From an uncultured Alphaproteobacteria bacterium (lineage in GTDB: Bacteria; Pseudomonadota; Alphaproteobacteria; Rickettsiales; CAIJLX01), in the NCBI GenBank assembly GCA_903821695.1, contig CAIJLX010000053.1, forward strand, positions 13,826 to 77,825: a stretch of DNA of 64,000 bases, in the 5' to 3' direction. Positions 1 through 9,806 of this stretch are shown in pieces. The first letter of the stretch is position 1. Every line of letters begins with the position of its first letter. The notes under the pieces were generated by a model, which had not been told where the DNA came from, searched no databases, and saw only the letters and a list, made by a program, of their open reading frames with translations. The translations under genes and the position numbers were made by a program.

Positions 1-2
1 AC

Positions 3-596
3 TTAACCAATCGCTCTTCCGGCAAACAAGGCCATGCCGTTGCAGCCGCACTCGCGCATCTCGGTGCGGATGTGTTGCTCATTTCCGGACCAACGTCGGA
101 GCCAGATCCAATTGGTGTGACAGTAAAGAAAGTATTGTCGGCGGAAGATATGCTCAAAACCGTGATGAATGCATTGCCGGTCGATGTTGCAGTGTGTGCG
201 GCAGCGGTTTCGGATTGGCGTGCGGATCACATTGAGCCGAAGAAAATCAAAAAAGAAAAATCCGTGTTGGATATGACATTCACCTTCATGCAAAATCCGG
301 ACATCTTAGAAAATGTTAGCAAATCTGAACGCCGCCCTTCATTGGTGATTGGGTTTGCAGCGGAAACCGAAAACTTAACGGAAAATGCGCGCGATAAACG
401 TAAGCGTAAAGGCTGCGATTGGGTGGTGGCGAATTTGGTGGCGGGTGGCGCTGTGTTTGGTGAAACCGAAAATCAGGTGACGCTCATCACTGAGCAAGGC
501 GAAGAAACCTGGCCCAAATTAACTAAGACACAAGTCGCCGAAAAACTGGTAGAAAAAATTGTAATCACACTAAAAGCTGGAGGGCTAACTGCATGA
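3..596 (+). CDS. coaBC: CoaBC (Dfp) phosphopantothenoylcysteine synthetase/decarboxylase, C-terminal CoaB portion; 5' end lies outside the window
   Basis: The frame is open from base 3 ([31 protein letters not shown]...), which matches the CoaB nucleotide-binding region. AAVSDWR and KIKK motifs are present. It is followed directly by dut, as in the conserved dfp-dut pair. Confidence 0.85.
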   Translation, partial: LTNRSSGKQGHAVAAALAHLGADVLLISGPTSEPDPIGVTVKKVLSAEDMLKTVMNALPVDVAVCAAAVSDWRADHIEPKKIKKEKSVLDMTFTFMQNPDILENVSKSERRPSLVIGFAAETENLTENARDKRKRKGCDWVVANLVAGGAVFGETENQVTLITEQGEETWPKLTKTQVAEKLVEKIVITLKAGGLTA

Positions 597-1042
597 TGAT
601 CCCAATAAAGAAACTCGCGAACTTTAAAGAAAATCCGTTGCCGTTTTATGCAACCGAGCAAGCCGCCGGCGTTGACCTCGCCGCTGCAATTGATGAAGAC
701 ATTGTGCTCAAACCACTCGAGCGCAAATTGGTGCCGACTGGTTTAGCGATGGCCCTGCCCGCTGGCTACGAAGCACAAGTCCGCCCACGTTCTGGCCTCG
801 CACTTAAAAACGGCATTACAGTACTCAATTCACCCGGCACGATTGATGCCGATTATCGCGGTGAGATTTGTGTGATCCTCGTCAATTTGAGCAACGAGAA
901 TTTCACCATCAGCCGTGGTATGCGCATTGCACAGATGGTGGTTGCACCCTGCATGCAGGCGCAGTTTGATGTCGTGGATATTTTGCCTGAAACCGCACGT
1001 GGCGAAGGTGGGTTTGGTTCCACCGGCGTGAAGCATGGATAG
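593..1042 (+). CDS. dut: dUTP diphosphatase
   Basis: dUTPase motifs are present: [51 protein letters not shown]. The ATGA start overlaps the coaBC stop. Confidence 0.95.
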   Translation: MMIPIKKLANFKENPLPFYATEQAAGVDLAAAIDEDIVLKPLERKLVPTGLAMALPAGYEAQVRPRSGLALKNGITVLNSPGTIDADYRGEICVILVNLSNENFTISRGMRIAQMVVAPCMQAQFDVVDILPETARGEGGFGSTGVKHG

Positions 1043-1478
1043 TTTTTCCTCGCGCACATTTCATGCCGTGGAGGCGGTGCTCTATATTGCACTCAAAACC
1101 ACGACTGAGCCGGTGCGCAGCCGCGAAATCTGCGTCTATCAAAATGTTGCCGTGCGTTATCTCGAGCCGCTTTTACAAAAATTAGTCCATGCCCAAATTT
1201 TGCGTGGCGTGCGTGGGCCAAAGGGTGGTTATCTGCTCGCCCGCGAACGCCGAAAAATTACCTTAAGCGATATTATGGAAGCGGTTCACCCAACTTCCGG
1301 CAAAATTGACCTGCAACAATCCAACCTCCATCAACAGGTGATTGCCCCCATCTGGCAGGAGTCAAAAAAGTTTATCTTACAACAGTATAGCGAAATTTCC
1401 CTAGCCGATTTATGCCAACGCGCAGTCGCTTCCGGCATCAATATCGAAGCCGAAAAGAAGAGCGATTTTAATATCTAG
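1035..1478 (+). CDS. Rrf2-family transcriptional regulator lacking the Fe-S ligand cysteines (CymR-like)
   Basis: Winged-helix region [41 protein letters not shown]. There are only 2 Cys and no CX6CX5C cluster. It overlaps the dut stop by 8 nt and sits directly upstream of cysK. Confidence 0.8.
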   Translation: MDSFSSRTFHAVEAVLYIALKTTTEPVRSREICVYQNVAVRYLEPLLQKLVHAQILRGVRGPKGGYLLARERRKITLSDIMEAVHPTSGKIDLQQSNLHQQVIAPIWQESKKFILQQYSEISLADLCQRAVASGINIEAEKKSDFNI

Positions 1479-1560
1479 CTTGGCAATTACGGCCATTGGG
1501 ATTATACCCTGTTTTACCTGATAGAAGGACATTCTCTCATCTCATTTGAAGGAGCAATTT

Positions 1561-2556
1561 ATGACCGTAACGGCACTCAAACTCGACGAACAATATCACG
1601 GCATCAAAACCAAAGGCCGTGGCAAAATTTATAACAATATTATTGAGACGATTGGCGATACCCCATTGGTGCGCATCAACCGCTTGACGAAAGAAGCAGG
1701 CGTGGTTGGCGACGTGTTGGCGAAGCTCGAATTCTTCAACCCACTTTCCTCAGTTAAAGATCGCCTCGCTTATGGGATGATCCATGCCGCAGAAGAAGCT
1801 GGCCTCATCAAACATGATAGCGTGATTGTCGAGCCAACCTCCGGCAACACCGGTATTGCGCTTGCATTTATTTGCGCAGCGAAAGGTTACAAATTGATTC
1901 TCACTATGCCTGAAAGCATGTCGCTTGAGCGTCGTAAAATGCTCAAATTCCTTGGCGCACAATTGGAACTGACACCAGCACCAAAAGGAATGCGCGGCGC
2001 AATCGAACGTGCGGAAGAAATTCTTACACAAAATCCAAAAGCGATCGTGTTGCAGCAATTTAAAAACCTCGCAAACCCGCTCATCCACCGCCACACCACC
2101 GCCGAAGAAATTTGGAATGACACCAATGGCAAAGTGGATGTAGTCGTTGCTGGCGTTGGCACCGGCGGCACCATCACCGGTATTGCGCAAGTGTTGAAAG
2201 CCAAAAAACCATCCATCAAAATTATCGCCGTAGAACCGGAAGATAGCGCTGTGCTTTCTGGCGGCAAACCGGGGCCACATAAAATCCAGGGCATCGGCGC
2301 TGGTTTTGTACCGGATGTATTGGTGCGCGATTTGATTGATGAAGTCATCACCGTCGGCAATGAAACTGCATTCGCTACTTCTCGCAAAGCCGCAAAACTC
2401 GAAGGTATTGCTGGTGGTATTTCTTCCGGTGCGGCGCTTGCTGCTGCACTCGAAGTTGCTGCGCGACCTGAGATGAAAGGTAAGCAAATCGTAACGATTA
2501 TTCCTTCGTTCGCCGAACGTTATCTCTCCACCGATTTATTCAGCGGGCTTGAATAA
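1561..2556 (+). CDS. cysK: Cysteine synthase A / O-acetylserine sulfhydrylase family (PLP-dependent)
   Basis: PLP-lysine motif [19 protein letters not shown], and glycine loop [10 protein letters not shown]. The ATG at 1561 is preceded by GAAGGAG. The ORF-track start at 1546 is a TTG inside the RBS. Confidence 0.9.
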   Translation: MTVTALKLDEQYHGIKTKGRGKIYNNIIETIGDTPLVRINRLTKEAGVVGDVLAKLEFFNPLSSVKDRLAYGMIHAAEEAGLIKHDSVIVEPTSGNTGIALAFICAAKGYKLILTMPESMSLERRKMLKFLGAQLELTPAPKGMRGAIERAEEILTQNPKAIVLQQFKNLANPLIHRHTTAEEIWNDTNGKVDVVVAGVGTGGTITGIAQVLKAKKPSIKIIAVEPEDSAVLSGGKPGPHKIQGIGAGFVPDVLVRDLIDEVITVGNETAFATSRKAAKLEGIAGGISSGAALAAALEVAARPEMKGKQIVTIIPSFAERYLSTDLFSGLE

Positions 2557-2999
2557 TGGTTGCCGCTAACAGAGCAAACGCAGAGACTCCAACCACGGCA
2601 GCCTCAATCGGGCATGCGGTGCTGGAGTCGATGCGCTCTTCGTTTAAGAAGGTGCGTTTGGTTGTCTCGCCGCCACCAGTTCCAACTGCGGTTGCAGCGG
2701 AAGAAGTAACGAAAGCGGTGTGGCTCAAAGGCAATTTGATTTCCAATAATGGAAAATATTTTCCGCAACTCACATTACATACGGATGAAAATCCGACCTT
2801 GCTAGAAGCAGCCGTAAAGCGCCTGGAAGCAGTTGGGTTCGATGACAAGGAATGGAATGTTGCGCGTGAAGATGTACGTTTTTGCATGCGCTATAAAGCC
2901 TCCTATGCCAACCCGCAGGATGGGTATATCGCGCTTTCCGGCATGGTGTGGGAAGCGTGTAACCGCACCGGCCTGCAATACGCCAATCTCTCTGCGTGA
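2556..2999 (+). CDS. Hypothetical protein (147 aa), translationally coupled between cysK and the ThiF/MoeB gene
   Basis: The ATG overlaps the cysK stop (TAATGG) and the stop overlaps the GTG of the next gene (GTGA). The C-terminal two thirds look like a real globular protein (GKYFPQLTLHTDENPTLLEAAVKRLEAVGFDDKEWNVAREDVRF...). I recognise no family. The N-terminal ~50 aa and the exact start are uncertain. Confidence 0.45.
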   Translation: MVAANRANAETPTTAASIGHAVLESMRSSFKKVRLVVSPPPVPTAVAAEEVTKAVWLKGNLISNNGKYFPQLTLHTDENPTLLEAAVKRLEAVGFDDKEWNVAREDVRFCMRYKASYANPQDGYIALSGMVWEACNRTGLQYANLSA

Positions 3000-3721
3000 G
3001 ACGTTACGCCAGGCAAATGATTTTGCCGCAATGGGGTGAACAAGGCCAAGCCCGATTGCAGCAAGCAAAAGTACTCGTCGTCGGCGCCGGTGGTTTGGGC
3101 AGCCCCTGTTTATATTATCTTGCTGCTGCCGGCATCGGCACACTCGGCATTTTAGATCACGATCGCGTCGATCTCTCCAATCTACAACGCCAAATTTTAT
3201 TCGAAACCAACGACATCGGCCGCCCCAAAGCCGAAAGTGCTGCCGATGCGTTAGAGGATTTAAATCCGGATATTACCCTCAATACACACACCGAAAAACT
3301 AACCGCGGACAATGCCGCAAAACTTATTTCCACCTACGATATTATCGTCGATGGCAGCGATAATATCGCGACACGCTTTATCGTGCAGGATGTGTGCTTC
3401 GCACAGAAAAAAACATTGGTGAGTGCAGCCGTGCTTGGGTTTGAAGGACAAATCTCAACCTTCAAAAACAAACCTTGTTATCGCTGCTTATATCCCGAAC
3501 CACCACCAGAAGGTTCGATGCCGAATTGTTCTGAGAATGGAATATTAGGTGCCGTGACTGGCGTAATGGGTTCGCTGCAAGCAGCAGAAGTGATCAAAGA
3601 AATTTTGGGGCTCGAAACACTCTCCGGTATATTGCTGCGTATAAACTTACTGACGATGGAATTTCGCCGTTCTATGATTAAACCCGATCCAGAGTGCCCG
3701 TTATGCGCAACAAAAAAGTAA
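2996..3721 (+). CDS. HesA/MoeB/ThiF-family adenylyltransferase (E1-like), no rhodanese domain
   Basis: RYARQMILPQWGEQGQARL, nucleotide loop VVGAGGLGSP, DHDRVDLSNLQRQ, and Zn-site pairs CYRC and CPLC. Confidence 0.85.
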   Translation: MRRYARQMILPQWGEQGQARLQQAKVLVVGAGGLGSPCLYYLAAAGIGTLGILDHDRVDLSNLQRQILFETNDIGRPKAESAADALEDLNPDITLNTHTEKLTADNAAKLISTYDIIVDGSDNIATRFIVQDVCFAQKKTLVSAAVLGFEGQISTFKNKPCYRCLYPEPPPEGSMPNCSENGILGAVTGVMGSLQAAEVIKEILGLETLSGILLRINLLTMEFRRSMIKPDPECPLCATKK

Positions 3722-4344
3722 ATGCCAGAGACCAATATATCCGTGACCTCTATGCTGCGGAAACGGAATTGCTCACCCAAATACGCGCTACACTTGCGGA
3801 ACAAAATCTCTCGATTCATGTAAGCCCCGAAGAGGGAAAATTGCTACAAGTGCTCGTGCGTCTGCATCGCTCAAAACATATTGTCGAAATCGGAACATTA
3901 GGCGGCTATTCCGCACTTTGGATGGCAGAAGCGCTTCCAGCAGATGGTCATATTACTACCTTCGAAAAAAGTTCGGAGCGCGCAGAAATGGCACGCAAAC
4001 ACATTGCCACTTCGCCTTACACGAAAAAAATTACAGTAGTCGAAGGTGATGCGCATGCCATGTTGCGCGAGCATAAAGGCAAAGTGGATATGGTGTTTAT
4101 TGATGCCGAAAAAACCGGCTATCCGGATTATCTTGAATGGGCAGAACAACATTTGCCTGTTGGTGGTTTATTAGTCGCTGATAACACCTTCTTGTTCGAC
4201 ACGGTATTTAGTGAAGCGCCCGAAGGTGAGGCAAAAATGTGGAACGCGATGCGGCAATTTAATGCCGCGCTTGCTGAGCGATTTGAGGCAATTATTTTGC
4301 CGACCGCGGAAGGCCTAAGTATTGCTTTAAAACCAGCCAAATAA
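3703..4344 (+). CDS. Class I SAM-dependent O-methyltransferase (caffeoyl-CoA OMT-like, Methyltransf_3)
   Basis: IVEIGTLGGYSALWMAEAL, VDMVFIDAEKTGYPDYLEW, GGLLVADNTF. The ATG at 3703 overlaps the end of the ThiF/MoeB gene. Confidence 0.85.
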   Translation: MRNKKVNARDQYIRDLYAAETELLTQIRATLAEQNLSIHVSPEEGKLLQVLVRLHRSKHIVEIGTLGGYSALWMAEALPADGHITTFEKSSERAEMARKHIATSPYTKKITVVEGDAHAMLREHKGKVDMVFIDAEKTGYPDYLEWAEQHLPVGGLLVADNTFLFDTVFSEAPEGEAKMWNAMRQFNAALAERFEAIILPTAEGLSIALKPAK

Positions 4345-5056
4345 AATGTGCATTACTTATTGCATAGCGTTTGAATAACCGCCGCGGCTCCTGCAAAAAC
4401 CGATAGAACCATTCCATGCCACATGCTTGCATCCAACGCGGTGCGCGGCTTAGCCGATCCATCGCATAATCAAACGCCGCACCCACGCCAATCAACACCG
4501 GCACATTCAAAGCCGTTTTATGTTTATGAATCCACAATTCCTGTTTCGGCGCACCCAATGCAACAAATAAAATATCCGGCTGCGCTTGATTGATATTTGC
4601 AATGATTTTTACTTCTTCCTTCTCGCTTAGAGTGCGAAAAGGCGGGCAAGCCGTTCCAGCAATCACGATATTCGGATATTGCTGCGATAATTTTTTACCT
4701 AATGCTTCAGCTACACCTTCAACACCACCCAGCAAAAAAATACGCGCACCTGTTTTGCAAAGTGCATGCATTAAATCGACACCAACAATGCGCTCGGCTT
4801 GTGGTATTTCTTTTTTTGCAAGCCACACCAGCGGCATACCATCTGTTACAGCAAGCGAAGATGTTTCAAACGCTTGCATCAATAATGGATTTTTCTGTGC
4901 TTCGGTTAGCAAATGCACGTTGGCTACGATGACCGCATTATGCAGGCTGCGAGTCGAAATATAATGTTGGATGGTTTTTACAGTGTCTTCAAACGTTCCA
5001 ACATCCATCGGCACGCCCAGCAGCTTAGTGCGCATTGGGCGACCATAGCGGGGCAA
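4292..5056 (-). CDS. WecB/TagA/CpsF-family glycosyltransferase (GT26)
   Basis: LLGVPMDVGTFEDTV, VTDGMPLVWLAK, ARIFLLGG, and PKQELWI-type motifs typical of GT26. Part of the EPS locus. Confidence 0.85.
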   Translation of the reverse strand: MPRYGRPMRTKLLGVPMDVGTFEDTVKTIQHYISTRSLHNAVIVANVHLLTEAQKNPLLMQAFETSSLAVTDGMPLVWLAKKEIPQAERIVGVDLMHALCKTGARIFLLGGVEGVAEALGKKLSQQYPNIVIAGTACPPFRTLSEKEEVKIIANINQAQPDILFVALGAPKQELWIHKHKTALNVPVLIGVGAAFDYAMDRLSRAPRWMQACGMEWFYRFLQEPRRLFKRYAISNAHFIWLVLKQYLGLPRSAK

Positions 5057-5633
5057 TCAATGTGCGTAAGAGAATAACCATCTCCAACCACAGATTCCAG
5101 TTATCGATATATTCATTATCGAGTGTAGTGCGTTTCTGAATATCTTCATCGGTGTGAATCAATCCCCGATATCCATTCACCTGCGCCCAACCGGTGAGGC
5201 CTGGTTTTACACGGAAACGCATCGGATAATCGGCGCAGCGAGTTGCGAACTGCTTATCGTGATGCACGGCGTGGGGGCGTGGACCGACGAGTGACATATC
5301 GCCTATGACCACATTAAATAACTGCGGCAATTCATCTAAACTGCGGCGGCGCAGAAATGCACCTATTGGGGTAATACGTGTGTCTTTGCGGGTTGCTTGT
5401 GGCACGGATTCATCCTCCGCCGCTTCGCGGAACATGGTGCGGAATTTTATGATGCGGAATGTTTTGCCGCCTAAGCCACCGCGATTCTGATAAAAGAAAA
5501 TATCACCCTTGCTGGTTAGCTTGATTGCGCACGCGATCACAAAAATAAGCGGGAATAAAAACACCAATAGGCACAGGCCAACCACCTTATCCGTGACAAA
5601 TTTTGAGCAATGATAAAGTGCGGAATGCTGCAT
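5025..5633 (-). CDS. Polyprenyl-phosphate sugar phosphotransferase (small bacterial sugar transferase, initiating enzyme)
   Basis: One N-terminal TM segment, then FRIIKFRTM, DELPQLFNVVIGDMSLVGPRPH and GLTGWAQVNG. Confidence 0.9.
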   Translation of the reverse strand: MQHSALYHCSKFVTDKVVGLCLLVFLFPLIFVIACAIKLTSKGDIFFYQNRGGLGGKTFRIIKFRTMFREAAEDESVPQATRKDTRITPIGAFLRRRSLDELPQLFNVVIGDMSLVGPRPHAVHHDKQFATRCADYPMRFRVKPGLTGWAQVNGYRGLIHTDEDIQKRTTLDNEYIDNWNLWLEMVILLRTLIAPLWSPNAH

Positions 5634-7756
5634 CAATCTTTCTTCTGTGGTTTATGTTTGAAGGCGTAATTGGTGAAATAGAGATATTCTTCTTTGCTGC
5701 TTTTATAGTAACGCTGCTTCTTCAAATTGATGCGCGAGAGGGCAAGCATAAAGGGTTTATTGCTGAATTTCTCCTGCAATAATTTAATGCCCTGATTGAC
5801 TGCACCGCGTGGTGTTTTTTCCCAGCGGACGATATAGAGGCAGGCATCAGCATGCGGCGCCAAAAGAGCAGCATCGCGCACGCTCATGACGGGCGGCGCA
5901 TCGACGATGATCGTATCAAATTGACTGCGGACCAGTTGCATCAATTGCCCCATTGCTTGCAGCTGGAGCAGGTCAAGTGGATGGCCCTGCGGCTCGCCGG
6001 CAGGAATGCACGAAATGCCGCTATGTGAATCTTTATAAAAAACATCCTGAACCTGTGCCTGACCGGAAAGAACATCTCCAAGCCCCGGAACCTTACCCAG
6101 TTTAAGGCTTTTTGCAAGCTGCGAACGTCGCATATCGGCATCGATCAACAATACCTTTTTGCCGGTTTTCTGCAAAATGACCGCTAGCGAAAGTGCGGTC
6201 GAAGACTTCCCCTCCTCTTGCAATGAAGAAGAAATGAGCAGTACTTTCGGTGCGGTCGCTGAATCGTCAAACAATACCGTTCGCAAATTACGGGTGGCTT
6301 CCGCATAGAGCGGATAAAGTGCTGCATCCAGCATTTGCAGATGGTTTATTTCTTTATTTGTAGTTTTAAATTCTGGAATAGTCGCCACCACTTGCAAGCC
6401 TGTTTCTAATTCCAACTGTTCGCCATTTTGGAAACCGACGGAAGAAAATTCCCGCACCATACTGATCGCGATCGCGCCAATGATAGAGAGAATAAAGGTT
6501 GCGATGATAACGGGTATCCGCTTTGGCTCGAACGGATTGGTGGGTGGATAGGCCCGAGAAATAACCCGTGCGTCCGGTGCATGAATCACTTCATCCTGCA
6601 CATCGGTTTCTTTATAGCGGGCCAACAACACGGTGAATAATTCTTTGTTCGCTTCAATCTCACTCTTTAACCCACGCATCGTGATTTCGATGTCACTTTC
6701 ATTTTCGAGTGGCACACGCAGAGAAGTAATGTCATTGGCGATATTTCGAATGCGCATCGATAGCAAATCACGATCATTCATCAGTGCCAATCGTACGCGC
6801 TGTAATTTATCCGCTTTTCTTTCCTCGAGCGCATCCTTCTCTGCAAACAAACTACGCATCATCGGATGTTCGTCGCGATAACGTGTTTGCATCTGCGCCA
6901 TTTTAGCTTCGAGTGCCTGCTCCTGCGTTTCTATTGCCTCCATAAGCGGGGATTCCATAATGAATTGCGTTGTCTCCGCCTCTTCCGCACGGCGCATCAT
7001 TTTAGCAAATTTCTGCAATTTGGTTTCGGTTTCACTGCGTTCTTTTTTTGCCGTCATTAAGTCAGTGCTTAGTTGAATCAATTGATCTTGATACAGACTT
7101 TTTCCTTCAATATAGAGACTATCGGATGAACGGCGCAGCTGCTCTAATCGGTTTTCAGAATCGATCACTTTGTTGCGCATTTCTTCCACCCGTTGCGCTA
7201 GCCAGCGTGTGGCATTATGTGTCACCGAATTTTTTTCCTGCAATTGATCTTCCAGATATACATCAAGCAATGTATTGAGTGCCCGTGCAGCAAATTGTGG
7301 GTCGTTCGAAACATATTCAAGTGTAACCACAGATGAATGGTCGGAAGGTTGCACTAAAAGGCCACTCAAGAACTGTGTGATCAACGTTTCCTTGGATGGT
7401 TTCTGGATTTGCTCTGGCAAGTGATCAATACCAAGTTCTGTTATCACTTTTTCTGCCATGATGCGTGATTGTAAAATCGCTGATTGCGTACTGTTAGTGA
7501 AGGCACCAGGATTGAGCGGTTCGTTCACATCTTCAATTCGCGTTACGCGTTTGCGATCGCCCTCAATGATAATTTTTGCCTGTGCGCGATAGAGATCTGG
7601 AATTTGCTGCAGATAATAAAACACCAAAGCCGTCATGCCACAGGCAAGCAATAGAATGCCTATTTTATGACGACGAATGGCGCCCGTAATCCGGCGCACT
7701 TCAAGCACATCGCGTGCGGCAGCGGTTCGAGTCAGTTGGTTTAGCAGCTCGCTCAA
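5633..7756 (-). CDS. Polysaccharide co-polymerase (GumC/ExoP-like chain-length determinant) fused to a BY-type tyrosine kinase
   Basis: Wzz-like N-terminal TM, a long coiled coil and a second TM. Walker A SSSLQEEGKSST, A' LLIDADMRRS, Walker B DTIIVDAPP. The tail is Tyr-rich (QRYYKSSKEEYLYFTNY). Confidence 0.85.
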   Translation of the reverse strand: MSELLNQLTRTAAARDVLEVRRITGAIRRHKIGILLLACGMTALVFYYLQQIPDLYRAQAKIIIEGDRKRVTRIEDVNEPLNPGAFTNSTQSAILQSRIMAEKVITELGIDHLPEQIQKPSKETLITQFLSGLLVQPSDHSSVVTLEYVSNDPQFAARALNTLLDVYLEDQLQEKNSVTHNATRWLAQRVEEMRNKVIDSENRLEQLRRSSDSLYIEGKSLYQDQLIQLSTDLMTAKKERSETETKLQKFAKMMRRAEEAETTQFIMESPLMEAIETQEQALEAKMAQMQTRYRDEHPMMRSLFAEKDALEERKADKLQRVRLALMNDRDLLSMRIRNIANDITSLRVPLENESDIEITMRGLKSEIEANKELFTVLLARYKETDVQDEVIHAPDARVISRAYPPTNPFEPKRIPVIIATFILSIIGAIAISMVREFSSVGFQNGEQLELETGLQVVATIPEFKTTNKEINHLQMLDAALYPLYAEATRNLRTVLFDDSATAPKVLLISSSLQEEGKSSTALSLAVILQKTGKKVLLIDADMRRSQLAKSLKLGKVPGLGDVLSGQAQVQDVFYKDSHSGISCIPAGEPQGHPLDLLQLQAMGQLMQLVRSQFDTIIVDAPPVMSVRDAALLAPHADACLYIVRWEKTPRGAVNQGIKLLQEKFSNKPFMLALSRINLKKQRYYKSSKEEYLYFTNYAFKHKPQKKD

Positions 7757-8445
7757 AACCAGCTCCGCAACACTTCAACCGTATCGCCGGGTAGCACTTG
7801 CGAATCCTCATCGCCTATATGTTCTTCCTGCATCAACGGATTGCCCGGCGCATTGCGTAATATCCGCACTTGTGATGTGCGTCCGCGCGAATTCACACCG
7901 CCCGCAAGCGCCATCGCCTGACGCACGGTCAGACGTGGGCGGTAATCATATAGCCCCGGCTTTGCCACCTGGCCGATAACGTAAATCGGTGGGTATTGTA
8001 CAATTTCAACATCCACCCCTTGCGAAATAACATAAGCCGTTTCGAGCTGTTCAGCGATGCGTGCGGCGAGAGTTTTTGTGGTCTCGCCTTCTGCTAGCAC
8101 TTCGCCGACCATCGGAATCGTTACCGTCCCTTTCGGCCCGACAATAGTTTCGCGCGAAATTTCTTCATGACCAAAAATACGGATATAGATTTTGGTGCCG
8201 ACTGCTAGTTTATCAAATGCATCCGCATTGCACAGGATCGGCTTGACTGCTGTCGCAGCTACTGCCTCTGATGGAATTTTTTCTGGCATCGGTATTGCCT
8301 CTGCATCCAAATCCGCTGGTAATGCATCTTCTATGGCCATTTCCGGAATCTTTGGTTTTTCTTCCGGCACAGGCACTGGTTTTGCTAACGCCACTTGTGC
8401 GCAAAACAAAACCGCGATGAAAAAAATGTTTTTCATAATCTGCAT
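7753..8445 (-). CDS. Polysaccharide export protein (Wza-like, Poly_export/SLBB)
   Basis: Signal peptide MKNIFFIAVLFCAQVALA. The stretches IGPKGTVTIPMVGEVLAEGET, YVIGQVAKPGLYDY and LPGDTVEV are typical of Wza/GfcE-family periplasmic domains. Confidence 0.8.
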   Translation of the reverse strand: MQIMKNIFFIAVLFCAQVALAKPVPVPEEKPKIPEMAIEDALPADLDAEAIPMPEKIPSEAVAATAVKPILCNADAFDKLAVGTKIYIRIFGHEEISRETIVGPKGTVTIPMVGEVLAEGETTKTLAARIAEQLETAYVISQGVDVEIVQYPPIYVIGQVAKPGLYDYRPRLTVRQAMALAGGVNSRGRTSQVRILRNAPGNPLMQEEHIGDEDSQVLPGDTVEVLRSWF

Positions 8446-9725
8446 GACAGCGTCACTAACAGGGTGTTGCTATAAAAATCCCGATCCGCCACGTCGCTCA
8501 AACGGCGGCGATAACGATAATGGATGCCGGTGTTAATGCTGTTGTTCCATAAATAATTCAAACCCGCCCCTGCCAGATAATCATGATCGACATCATCCGT
8601 TGTGTTGGCGAATTCATAACGATCCATCCCCAGCTCACCAGTTGCAACTAGCTCGCTGGAAAGCGCAAGTGATGGAAGGAGTCTGCCACTTGTCACCGTC
8701 AAATCATTCACGCCTACTAAGGTGGTGCTTTCAATCGTACGAGTGAGTGTTGTATTGAGCATGAAGTTTTCATAAGGCGACCAACGTAGGGATGCATCAA
8801 TGCTTAGACCTTGCGTATCATCCAACTGTGAGTCTTCAAATGAACGATGCATTTGGCCGATACCTAAATCAAGAATCGTAATATCCGTCACATTATAACT
8901 CACACCGCCCAACACTTCATAGGCAGTGCTATCGCGATTGATGCCAGCGGCATCATGTGCGCCATCGTAGATTTCTTCAGAATAGGAAGGCTGCACAAAA
9001 ATGCGCATATCATCGTTAATCGGATATGAGACGCGCGCCCAATAACGTGAAACATCGCGATTGCGGAAACCTTGCGCTTCACCATCCAATTTTTCCAACA
9101 TAATTCGGTTGTAACTACTATGCGTCGAGATCGCGAACGGATAGCCATTGAAATCAATACCAACGCCACCACCCATAGTCTGTACATTGCGTAAGCGCGA
9201 AAGATTCATTGCCGTTTCCCGCGGATCATTCCGCTCTTCGGAAATTTGACTATAATTGAGATTCGCGTTTAAACTCCACTCATCCTTGATGTCGAGTCTG
9301 CCGTCACCATACAGATTATAATTATCCTGATTTTCTGAAACCTGATTCTGAAAACGCTTGAGATTTCCATTTGCACCAAAACGTAATTGATGCCGCTCCC
9401 AATCGGACCCGGCGGATATTCCTGCGCCAATATTTTGTGCAATATCGCTTTCACGATCGGTTTTTGATTGCTTGGCGTTATCCGTAAATTCAGTGGCGGT
9501 TCGTGCATTTGCTTGCACCTTAAAACTTGAGAGAAACCCACCTATGCCATTATCTGTTCTGCCAAAGATACTGTCGCCTAGCGATGCTGCTTGGGGCATC
9601 ATGTCGTCTTCCAACATACTGCTATCGTAAATCGGATCGTAATAGCTATAATATGGCGTCGGAGTCGCTGCTAAAGTGGGGGGTGCCCATAATACCATCA
9701 GCAATAAGAACGAAAGTAATGCCAT
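8433..9725 (-). CDS. Putative outer-membrane beta-barrel protein of the EPS locus
   Basis: The likely start is the ATG at 9725, which gives signal peptide MALLSFLLLMVLWAPPTLAA. The rest shows alternating-hydrophobic beta-strand patterning rich in Y/N/S/G. The longer ORF-track N-terminus is probably not translated. Confidence 0.55.
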   Translation of the reverse strand: MALLSFLLLMVLWAPPTLAATPTPYYSYYDPIYDSSMLEDDMMPQAASLGDSIFGRTDNGIGGFLSSFKVQANARTATEFTDNAKQSKTDRESDIAQNIGAGISAGSDWERHQLRFGANGNLKRFQNQVSENQDNYNLYGDGRLDIKDEWSLNANLNYSQISEERNDPRETAMNLSRLRNVQTMGGGVGIDFNGYPFAISTHSSYNRIMLEKLDGEAQGFRNRDVSRYWARVSYPINDDMRIFVQPSYSEEIYDGAHDAAGINRDSTAYEVLGGVSYNVTDITILDLGIGQMHRSFEDSQLDDTQGLSIDASLRWSPYENFMLNTTLTRTIESTTLVGVNDLTVTSGRLLPSLALSSELVATGELGMDRYEFANTTDDVDHDYLAGAGLNYLWNNSINTGIHYRYRRRLSDVADRDFYSNTLLVTLSCRL

Positions 9726-9806
9726 TCTACAACTATATAATGTATTTATGTGCCGTTTTACAACTAAATATAGACTTTTTCGCGTAGTCTCGGTTAGAAA
9801 TAAAAG

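Noticed and set aside
1750-2487. 245-aa and 166-aa minus-strand ORFs inside cysK. Similar antisense ORFs occur inside sucC/sucD (34608..35252, 36097..36608), the chorismate mutase gene (41703..42350), the PEBP gene (32971..33420), and the end of the RTX gene plus the start of metW (31807..32424).
   Set aside because: In each case the opposite strand encodes a protein with unmistakable family motifs, and the antisense ORFs show none.
2540-2887. 115-aa minus-strand ORF as an alternative to the 147-aa plus-strand hypothetical between cysK and thiF/moeB.
   Set aside because: The plus-strand ORF is start/stop-coupled to both neighbours and its C-terminal part looks globular. The minus-strand product is Ser/Thr/Ala-rich and would be transcribed against the operon. 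This call remains uncertain.
8192-8536. 114-aa plus-strand ORF across the Wza-like/OMP gene junction.
   Set aside because: It is antisense to two recognisable EPS genes and has low-complexity Ser/Ala/Gly content.
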